From: Opitutales bacterium
Lineage (GTDB): Bacteria > Verrucomicrobiota > Verrucomicrobiia > Opitutales > PNEW01
Direction: 5' to 3'
NCBI GenBank assembly: GCA_965219535.1
Contig: CBDCNV010000002.1
Coordinates: 1,650,001 to 1,682,000 of the forward strand
DNA length: 32,000 nucleotides
Positions 1-9,100 of the stretch are shown piece after piece. The notes beneath the pieces are model-generated. The model was not told where the DNA came from, did not search any database, and saw only the letters and a list, made by a program, of their open reading frames with translations. Made by a program: the position numbers and the translations under genes. Each line of letters begins with the position of its first letter. Within the stretch, counting starts at the first letter, position 1.

Positions 1-1
1 C

Positions 2-763
2 CATGCCGAAATTACGATCGCCTGTGTAGAGAAAGGGATTCCAGTTATATATTGTGAAAAACCCATTGCCACTTATCAATCTGATGCAGAAAAAATGGTT
101 CAAACCTGCGAGCAAGCGGGGGTTCTTTTAGTAATCAATCATAATCGACGATTTAATAATAACTTTCGACGATTACGCGGCACGATAGAAGATGGCATTT
201 TAGGGGGGCTGACTTCCGCAACGATGCAGTGGCCAAATGGTCGATTAGGAAACGTTGGCACGCACATGATCGATGGTATGCGCATGCTTCTTGGGAGCGA
301 AGTAAAAGCAGTATCGGGAACGCTCGATCTAGCAGGTAAACCTGATTGTCGTGGACCTGATTTCAGTGATCCTGGAGGATGGGGGATGATGCGTATGGAA
401 AACGGTTTAATCGTGATAGTTGATGCTGCTGATTACTCGATGACACCCCACAGCATTAATATCAACGGTAAGAAGGGCAGAGCTATCGTCCATGGGTCTA
501 GTGTAGTGTCATTTGAGTTTTGGGATACCGGGCGAAAAGATCACTGGGCTGATCCACATCCAGGGACAACGTCAATGGATACCGCAGTCAATGAAATCGT
601 AGAATGGTTAGATGAGGGTAAAACATTTCCCTATCATGCGAGCGAAGCTCTAGGGACGCATGAAGCGATTGTCGCATTTCACGCTTCACACGCGCACAAC
701 TCAAAGTGGATTGAATTACCGCTAAAGGGAACTGATCGTGAGATTGCGGTAAACAGCGGCTAA
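2..763 (+). CDS. Gfo/Idh/MocA family oxidoreductase, 5'-partial (starts upstream of window)
   Basis: The frame is open from nt 2 (HAEITIACVEKGIPVIYCEKPIATYQSDAEKMVQTCEQAGVLLVINHNRRF...). It contains the EKP motif typical of this family after the Rossmann domain, plus the C-terminal alpha/beta domain. Stop is TAA 761-763. The ATG at 95 in the ORF track is internal. Confidence 0.85.
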   Translation, partial: HAEITIACVEKGIPVIYCEKPIATYQSDAEKMVQTCEQAGVLLVINHNRRFNNNFRRLRGTIEDGILGGLTSATMQWPNGRLGNVGTHMIDGMRMLLGSEVKAVSGTLDLAGKPDCRGPDFSDPGGWGMMRMENGLIVIVDAADYSMTPHSININGKKGRAIVHGSSVVSFEFWDTGRKDHWADPHPGTTSMDTAVNEIVEWLDEGKTFPYHASEALGTHEAIVAFHASHAHNSKWIELPLKGTDREIAVNSG

Positions 764-767
764 AACA

Positions 768-802
768 ATTTCGGATTTCGGAATGCGGATTGCAGATTGA
801 TG
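768..802 (+). repeat. Five tandem 7-mers ATTTCGG ATTTCGG AATGCGG ATTGCAG ATTGATG, starting 4 nt after the stop codon
   Basis: Read directly from the sequence. The same 7-mer family recurs after other stop codons (3222-3268, 17354-17378, 20014-20038 minus strand, 26470-26497 minus strand). Confidence 0.8.
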
Positions 803-807
803 CAGGA

Positions 808-903
808 GTAGAAAGCCGTAGAGCCAGAAAGCCGGAGATCCGGAAAGCCAGACATCAGGTAAGCCAGAAAACGGGAAAGCCGGAGATCCGGAATGCCAAG
901 TTT
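808..903 (+). repeat. Twelve tandem 8-mers in strict register, consensus CCGGAAAG
   Basis: Units: GTAGAAAG CCGTAGAG CCAGAAAG CCGGAGAT CCGGAAAG CCAGACAT CAGGTAAG CCAGAAAA CGGGAAAG CCGGAGAT CCGGAATG CCAAGTTT. A 19-nt exact duplicate GAAAGCCGGAGATCCGGAA occurs at 827-845 and 875-893. Confidence 0.85.
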
Positions 904-1034
904 GTTCAGGATGCAAGATTGCTAGAGAGTGATAAGTGGAAGAGGCTCCGCTTTTACGCATTACCGCGTGTTCGCATTATCGCTATTCCTCAAGAACCCT
1001 GGACGATCCAAATATTATATTCGCCGTAAGATTT

Positions 1035-1055
1035 AATTCGCGCGCGCGAATTTTT
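1035..1055 (+). terminator. Perfect 18-nt palindrome AATTCGCGCGCGCGAATT followed by TTT (intrinsic-terminator-like; abuts the stop of the convergent cyclase gene)
   Basis: The palindrome at 1035-1052 is self-complementary over all 18 nt and has a (CG)5 core. The T-run at 1051-1055 is on the + strand only. The site lies between convergent genes, so it may act on either transcript. Confidence 0.45.
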
Positions 1056-1945
1056 CATTTCGATATCGGGGTTAATGCTGGGGACAGATTTATCAATATA
1101 TATTTTCCCCCCGGGCAAACACCACAAAGCCTGCTCGCGATATTAATTGGCCTGCCGATATAATCATTATCGAAGGATAGTTTACTGGCCAGTCCAAATG
1201 AGATACCGGCGCCTATCTCTTCTGGAGCGCCGTGGGTAAAATGTGGGCTCTGTCTAACTATCTGCCAGTTACTATTAAGCGCGGAGGTTCCCTCGACGCA
1301 GACATCAATAGCAATTTTACGGTCTTCGACACCTGTTTGCCAAATGGCCAAGTATCCATCACCCGCAAATTTAATTAAATCCGGTGGGTATTTAGAAAAT
1401 CCCCGGTTGGCAACATTGTAGAAAGAAGACATGAGTCCACACAAGTATGGGGACTCGATATTCGGCTGTTCACAAAAGGTTGAAAAGCCACGCATATCAA
1501 TTGAGGAGACAAGAATCTCGCAGGGATGACCGAACTCGATCGACGATTCCATGTTATCCGCGAGATCATAATTATTAAAAATCAAGTCTTCGAATTTAAA
1601 TAAGGTGAGCTTCGAAGCTGCATTGGTCGTTAGATATAAACCGTGATCATGGAGATCATATGCCCGGGGAAAGTAAGAGAGTTCCGTGCCCTCATCGCCA
1701 TTTGATGAGGTGGTATGAAACCGAGCTATATAACTGCGAATATTATCACGCGCACCTGATAGGCTTCTTAAGATTACGGCGACATCTGTTTCTTCTGAAA
1801 CGATAGGATCACCATCGCCATCAATAGTGTAAGCTATCTGCACGTATTGCGGGTTGACATGCAAATAGTGACTACAAATATCCCAGAAATCCCGAAAGTT
1901 CAGATTAGGAATCGGGTAATGTCGTTCTATGGAATCGGCACACAT
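1055..1945 (-). CDS. Class III nucleotidyl (adenylyl/guanylyl-type) cyclase domain protein with unassigned N-terminal domain
   Basis: The C-terminal ~155 aa carry the class III motifs: ILVSSIDMRGFSTF (metal Asp), LIKFAGDGYLAIW (Lys + metal Asp), IGAGISFG, and DYIGRPINIASRL (Asn/Arg). The N-terminal ~135 aa have no recognisable domain and no TM segment. Confidence 0.75.
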   Translation of the reverse strand: MCADSIERHYPIPNLNFRDFWDICSHYLHVNPQYVQIAYTIDGDGDPIVSEETDVAVILRSLSGARDNIRSYIARFHTTSSNGDEGTELSYFPRAYDLHDHGLYLTTNAASKLTLFKFEDLIFNNYDLADNMESSIEFGHPCEILVSSIDMRGFSTFCEQPNIESPYLCGLMSSFYNVANRGFSKYPPDLIKFAGDGYLAIWQTGVEDRKIAIDVCVEGTSALNSNWQIVRQSPHFTHGAPEEIGAGISFGLASKLSFDNDYIGRPINIASRLCGVCPGGKYILINLSPALTPISK

Positions 1946-2228
1946 CGAAATAGACTATAATTAGCTAAGATCCCTTGGTACTAAAGACTTAGGTAGACAG
2001 TAAACTGAATTCAAATCCTTCATCGTTAATTCAATCAAGATTAAAAAAAATGTAAATAGCCATTTTCAAGCTATATTAGCCAATATTCAGGAAATGTAAA
2101 ACTGCTTTAGCAGGACCGTCTGTGACTTAACTTATGCTCTGTGGTGAGTTTAAAGACGATAGGAAAGCCACAGATTGAGACAAATATCAGGTAGTGTTAT
2201 AATAATTACTGAAATTTTCGAGGGACGA

Positions 2229-2471
2229 TTAGTCCCGGTTACGAATCCGCATGTCAGTATAAACGACTCGGAACATCTGGAGCACAAGCCAGAACAGCCC
2301 TGAAAGGCAAGAGGCTGTAAAGACGGCGAACACATTAGTGTAAACTTCAGTCTGTGCTGGAACGTAGGGACGTAAGATCCAGGATAAAAAACAAAATATG
2401 ATGGCGGTGAGAATAAGATCTATGACAACGCCATTTCTAGTGACCAGTTTATGAGTATTGTTGTCGCTCAT
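2229..2471 (-). CDS. Small hypothetical membrane protein (about 80 aa, two predicted TM helices)
   Basis: The ORF carries two hydrophobic stretches (VVIDLILTAIIFCFLSWIL and VFAVFTASCLSGLFWLVLQMF). I place the start at ATG 2471 (MSDNNTHKL); the ORF track uses an upstream TTG at 2486. A 5-bp hairpin GGGAC-GATTA-GTCCC (2222-2236) straddles the stop. No family recognised. Confidence 0.4.
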   Translation of the reverse strand: MSDNNTHKLVTRNGVVIDLILTAIIFCFLSWILRPYVPAQTEVYTNVFAVFTASCLSGLFWLVLQMFRVVYTDMRIRNRD

Positions 2472-2729
2472 TAACTTGAAAACCAAGAATAAAACTTAAG
2501 AATTGTCCACATAAAAGAGAGAAACCAGCAGCGAACCGCCGCCATCTTGTATTTTCTTTATATAAAGAAGCCGAATGAGAAGCAATTTTATAAAAAAGCG
2601 GGCTGTTACCCACGAGGTTGCAAATTATAGGGAGGTTGTGTTTAGATTATGAAATTTTGGATAAAAAATGAAATTTATTTTGCAGTAATGCCATCTAACA
2701 ATATTAAGAGGAGTTGGAATATATAGCTT

Positions 2730-3209
2730 ATGAATACATTAGGTAAAAAAAATATAGGTATAAAAATCAGGATAAGCTTACTGACACTCATTCTAATTTT
2801 ACCTGGTCTTTTATTTGGTTTCAAAGAGATCAGTACGAAAAGATTGAACAACGTAGCTATTAGTGGTTACGATACGGTTGCTTACTTCACAGAAAACAAA
2901 GCAATAAAAGGCAGCCCGGTTTTCATGGTGGAATGGAAAGGAGCTGAATGGCGATTTTCCTCTCAATCGAACATGCACCTATTTGAAAATTCACCTGATA
3001 AGTATGCCCCGGCATTTGGCGGCTATTGTTCTCTAGGCATCTCGAAGGGTAAACCTTTTGCCTGTGATGCTGAGTCTTATGTTATCGTTAAGGGAAAACT
3101 TTACGTCCTTAAAAACAAGAAGGTCCGTGACATATGGTTAACAGATCCGGAGGGTTATATCTTAAAAGCTCAAGAATTCTGGAAGCGGATGACGAGTAAT
3201 ATCAAGTAG
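2730..3209 (+). CDS. YHS-domain protein with N-terminal signal/anchor sequence
   Basis: Hydrophobic N-terminus (IRISLLTLILILPGLLFGF). This is followed by ISGYDTVAYFTENKAIKGS...EWKGAEWRFSSQSNMHLFENSPDKYAPAFGGYCSLG, the pattern of periplasmic YHS-domain proteins. The GGYC position is Cys (TGT), not an in-frame UGA. Confidence 0.75.
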   Translation: MNTLGKKNIGIKIRISLLTLILILPGLLFGFKEISTKRLNNVAISGYDTVAYFTENKAIKGSPVFMVEWKGAEWRFSSQSNMHLFENSPDKYAPAFGGYCSLGISKGKPFACDAESYVIVKGKLYVLKNKKVRDIWLTDPEGYILKAQEFWKRMTSNIK

Positions 3210-3325
3210 TTCAATTGTTAAATGTGGATTTGGAAGATTTCGGATTTTGCCCTCGGTGCGATTGGCGGTTTCTAATTGTTGAATGAGATAGCCTGAAGCA
3301 GGGAAAATTTTAAATCGAATATTCC

Positions 3326-4519
3326 ATGCCCGGTATTCCTGCATACGCCCGGTTTTATCATGATCTACCGATTAGCGAGTCCTTTAATGCTATTTCTGAG
3401 GAAGAAAATTTTGTCCCCGTCCCAGGTGGTTGGTCTGTTATTATCAGTGATGTCGTAGATTCAACCGGCGCTATTGATCGAGGTCTGTATAAAGAAGTAA
3501 ATATACTTGGAGCGTCGACCCTCATTGCGGTGTTGAACATAACGAGTGAACTGGAGATCCCCTTTGTCTTTGGAGGCGATGGTGCCACGCTCTTAGTTCC
3601 CGATCTATTAATGTCGCGTGTTAAGCCCGTCCTTCAGTCGACACAGAACATGGCCGCTGAAGCATTTGACCTGCAATTAAGAATCGGAATCGTGCCGGTC
3701 GAGAAAGTAATTGAAGCCGGATTGGAGGTTAAGGTAGTTAAAATCCGGCTTTCAAATCGATTCAACTTGGCAGGATTCACGGGGGGTGGGATCGGCTATG
3801 CCGAGCAACTTATTAAAGACCCATCTGAGGGAGAACCTTATCAGCTGGAGAGGGATTCTCATTCAAGCAAAGCCAATTATTCAGGCCTTGAATGCCGCTG
3901 GAATCCTATCCGGAGCATGCATGGGGAAATAATTTCTCTCCTTGTCGTCGCAAATATGAATAAGCTGCAAAGTAGCGGCCGTATCTACGGAGAGGTGCTC
4001 ACTGTTCTCAATGAGATCTATGGCATGGAAGGGGACGATCATCCAATCAAAAAAGAAAGCTTGAGATTAAATCTGAGCACTTCGAATTTAAGGTCTGAGT
4101 TTCTGGTAAAGAATTACCGAGCTCGCTCCCTTTTGAGAGCGATCAAGTTTTTTTTGATGCGGTTAGAAACGAAAGTGGGGGGATGGTTTATGGATAGAAA
4201 GTTTAAGACACCCTGCAATAAATGGAGCCGTTACAAAGGCGATCTTGTCAACAACTGCGATTACAAAAAATTTGACGACATGATACGCATGGTTATTTCA
4301 AGTGATTCTCAACAAATAGAGCGACTGGAAAATTATCTTCAATCCCGGTTTCTTAAAGGTGAGCTTGCCTATGGACTGCATCGTGCCGATGAAGCTTTAA
4401 TGACGTGTCTCATTTTTGAACGGCACGGTGGGCACCTGCATTTTATCGACGGCGCTAACGGTGGTTACGCTCAGGCTGCAGTGAGCCTGAAGGAAAGATT
4501 GTCTGTCCTCGCCGAATAA
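3326..4519 (+). CDS. DUF3095-like protein (N-terminal nucleotide-cyclase-like fold)
   Basis: WSVIISDVVDSTGAIDRGLYKEVN and PFVFGGDGATLLVP resemble the two metal-Asp strands of the cyclase/GGDEF-like fold. The overall length and layout fit my memory of the DUF3095 family. Family assignment is from recall, not from a search. Confidence 0.6.
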   Translation: MPGIPAYARFYHDLPISESFNAISEEENFVPVPGGWSVIISDVVDSTGAIDRGLYKEVNILGASTLIAVLNITSELEIPFVFGGDGATLLVPDLLMSRVKPVLQSTQNMAAEAFDLQLRIGIVPVEKVIEAGLEVKVVKIRLSNRFNLAGFTGGGIGYAEQLIKDPSEGEPYQLERDSHSSKANYSGLECRWNPIRSMHGEIISLLVVANMNKLQSSGRIYGEVLTVLNEIYGMEGDDHPIKKESLRLNLSTSNLRSEFLVKNYRARSLLRAIKFFLMRLETKVGGWFMDRKFKTPCNKWSRYKGDLVNNCDYKKFDDMIRMVISSDSQQIERLENYLQSRFLKGELAYGLHRADEALMTCLIFERHGGHLHFIDGANGGYAQAAVSLKERLSVLAE

Positions 4520-4549
4520 ATGAAGTCAATCCGCTTTTACACTTACCCG

Positions 4550-5971
<1,422 letters not shown>

Positions 5972-6065
5972 TGAAGCTTCTGTCCTATTCTCTTCATCAT
6001 CCTCAATATTTCACTTAACCTATGCGGTTCTCTGGCAGGTCGCCTTGAAAATTGTCTTTCCGCGA

Positions 6066-6125
6066 CTGCAGAACTCGGAACTGGCTTGGTAGATGTCGTT
6101 CCACATCTGCGGAACTCGGTACTGG
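6066..6125. repeat. 19-nt direct repeat (CTGCAGAACTCGGAACTGG / CTGCGGAACTCGGTACTGG) flanking a 6-bp-stem palindrome AGATGT-CGTTCC-ACATCT
   Basis: The copies lie at 6066-6084 and 6107-6125 (17/19 identical). The palindrome is at 6091-6108. The site is 10-70 nt downstream of the uvrA stop and upstream of eno. Confidence 0.7.
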
Positions 6126-6135
6126 TTGTACCGGT

Positions 6136-9100
6136 TCACCCAATTTTATCAAGGAGGTAAGGGGCGCTCGGGCTGCGTGCGCATTTCAATAATCCTTGAG
6201 GTGCCCCTTGATATAAGATTTCACCGCCCTGTTCACCTCCTTCGGGTCCTATCTCAACTATATAATCAGCTTCCGCGATGATGTCAGGATGATGTTCGAT
6301 AACAATAACGGTGTGTCCCTGATCGACGAGTCGATGCAATAGTTCAATCAGTTTCTCACAATCGCTGAGGTGTAAACCGATAGTTGGTTCTTCGAGAATA
6401 TAGAGATTACGTGAAATTATTCCCCTTGATTTTTCACGAAAACTTTGCAGTCCTTTTGCTAATTCGCTAACCAGTTTGAGACGCTGTGCCTCGCCCCCAG
6501 AGAGTGTAGGGCTGCTTTGCCCAAGCTTTAAATAGTTCAGCCCCATTTCAACCATAAGCTCGAGCATTGCTTTCAGTTTGCTGTGAAAAGCGAAAAAATT
6601 AGAGGCTTCTTCAAAGGTCATCTCAAGAACTTCACTGATATTCTTATCCTTCCAACGTATTTCCTCGAGTTCCAGTCCATATCGGCTGCCACCACAAGCG
6701 TCGCACGCGATATAGGTATCAGGTAGAAAATTCATCTTGAGTTTTATACGACCCGCGCCCTTGCATTTTTCGCAACGGCCGCCGCGGGTATTAAATGAAA
6801 ATGTTCCCGCGTCATACCCTTGAATTTTTGATTCCGGCAGAGAGGCAAAAAATTGTCGTATAATGTCAAAAGCACCAATATAAGTAGACGGCGTCGAACG
6901 CGGAGTTTTCCCGATTGGACTTTGATCAACTTCAATGACATGACGGAAACCGTCACCATTGATTAGTTGGGAGAGGGGAGGTTTCAATTGACCGTTTAAA
7001 TCGAATAATGCGGTGCGTTTTAACGCTTCGGCTTTTAAATTTTTAATTTTATTTTGTGAAGCATAGGTGACAGCGGGATTTAACAAATCGCGAATCAATG
7101 TCGATTTTCCCGCACCAGATATGCCGCAGACCACGATGAGTCTAGCGAGAGGCAAGTGCAGATCATCCCCCTTAAGGTTTCGCAAGGATACATTTTTAGC
7201 CACTAACCATTTTGCTTTCTTAAGCTTAGAACGAGGATTCCAGGGGGAGGGCAGTGAACGGTAATGACCTCGCCGAGGGTGACTAATCCCTTTTTTTAAA
7301 TATTTTCCCGTCAGTGACTTTTTATTTTTTTTGATTTCAGAAATGTTACCATTTGCGAGAAGGTCACCGCCGTGCAGTCCCGCACCGGGTCCAAGGTCGA
7401 TTATTCTATCAGCGTGACGCATAGTCTCTTCATCGTGTTCGACGATAATGAGGGTGTTACCGCGATTGCGTAGAATTTTCAATGTTTTGAGTAAACGTGC
7501 ATTATCTCTGGCGTGGAGGCCGATTGTCGGTTCATCGAGAACATACAACACACCAGACAGATTGGATCCTAATTGTGCCGCGAGACGAATGCGTTGCGCC
7601 TCACCGCCGGAGAGAGTATTCGTGGCGCGGTCGAGGGTGAGATATTCAAGACCGACTTTATCCATAAACCTGAGTCTTTCCTCAATTTCCGGTATAAGAT
7701 CTCGAACAATTGCACGACTGCGGCGATCTAATTTCAATTGGTGTAAATGATCGAGTAGCTTACTTGGAGTAAGCATGAGCAGTTGAGGGAGGGAAAGGGC
7801 GGAGCGGTCCTTAAGCTGTAACCGTACTGAGCGACTGGTTTCATTTAACCGTGTCCCCTGACAGGAGGGACAGAGTGAACCGTTTTCTATTTCTTCTACT
7901 TCATCGGGGTAATCATCGTCTTCCGCCATCCACGCGTAAATGCGGCCATGCCCGCGGCAAGTAGGGCACCACCCTTTGGATGAGTTCCATGAAAAATGCT
8001 TAGGGTCGAGTTCAGGAAATGATTCACCGGTGACAGCGTCTGTGCGCGTGGTTGAAAACCAGGCAATAATTTCACTCGCGTGTGTCACGAGAAAGCAGGA
8101 TCCTTTACCTAGTTTTAAAGCTTTATTTAAATTTAAATCTTTTTCTCTCAGCCGATCAATATGAGATTTATTTGATTTACCTTTAAGGACTATTTCAGAA
8201 ACAACGACCTCGATGTCATGTTCACGATAACGATCTAATTTTTGAAACGCAGACAGATTGATAAATTGGCCATCGATTCGCAGTATTTTAAAACCGTGGT
8301 CAATGGCCCAAGTCGCCAAGGGTTGATAATGACCCTTTCGACTGCGAACGAGAGGTGCACAGAGATATAATAGCGGCTGATTTTTTTTCTTTTGCTCTAA
8401 CAATGTATCTTCGAAGCGCTTTTTTAGAAGCGTCGGACTGAGGGCGACTACCGGTTCACCACTACGCGGACTGTACTGGACCCCTACGCGTGAATAAAGC
8501 AAGCGAAGGTATTGCGCGACTTCAGTGATCGTCGCGACAGTAGACTTGCGAGTCCCTCGAGTCACGCGTTGCTCTATTGCGACGGTCGGTGGAATACCTG
8601 CCAGACGATCAATATCAGGACGGGGTAGCTGCTCGACAAACTGACGGGCGTAAGGCGACATCGATTCCATAAACCGTCGCTGGCCCTCGGCAAAAATTAT
8701 ATCGAAGGCGAGAGAAGACTTTCCCGATCCGGAAACACCCGTAATAACTGTGATTTGACGGTGTGGGATTGAGAGGGTTAAGTTTTTCAGGTTGTGTTCA
8801 CGCGCGCCAAAAATCTCAACCGCGTTTACTCTATTAGTTTGGAGATTATAGGTCGCCGATGACTCAGCCGCGATAAGGTCTTCAGTATCATTTAATCTAT
8901 TGTTTGATTTTTTTTTCGACTCGCGCCTTCGCCCATTACCGTTGCCACCCGACCGCAATGACTGTTCGATAAAGGGTGAACTGGCAAACCGCTTTTTACC
9001 GAGTGCTTCAGGGGTACCGGTGAAAACAATTTTACCCCCGCCGGCCCCCGGCCCCGGCCCCATTTCAATAATGCAATCAGCAGATTTGAGGATGTCGAGG

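Noticed and set aside
808-903. Periodic arrays at 808-903 and 5868-5971 considered as possible CRISPR arrays.
   Set aside because: The units are 8 bp with no alternating unique spacers. CRISPR repeats are about 24-48 bp separated by spacers of similar size. No cas genes are in the window.
722-1163. Three overlapping ORF-track entries (722-961 minus, 790-1029 plus, 936-1163 plus) considered as coding genes.
   Set aside because: They translate the 7-mer/8-mer repeat tract in different frames into low-complexity peptides, overlap each other, and have no start context or family resemblance. They are treated as non-coding.
1055-2486. Cyclase plus small 2-TM ORF considered as a Pycsar-type (cyclase + TM effector) defence pair.
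   Set aside because: The 80-aa ORF is too small to contain a cNMP-binding domain. It lies upstream of the cyclase behind a 283-bp gap rather than downstream as an effector. No TIR or cNMP-binding protein is nearby. The system call is unsupported, so only the orphan cyclase is reported.
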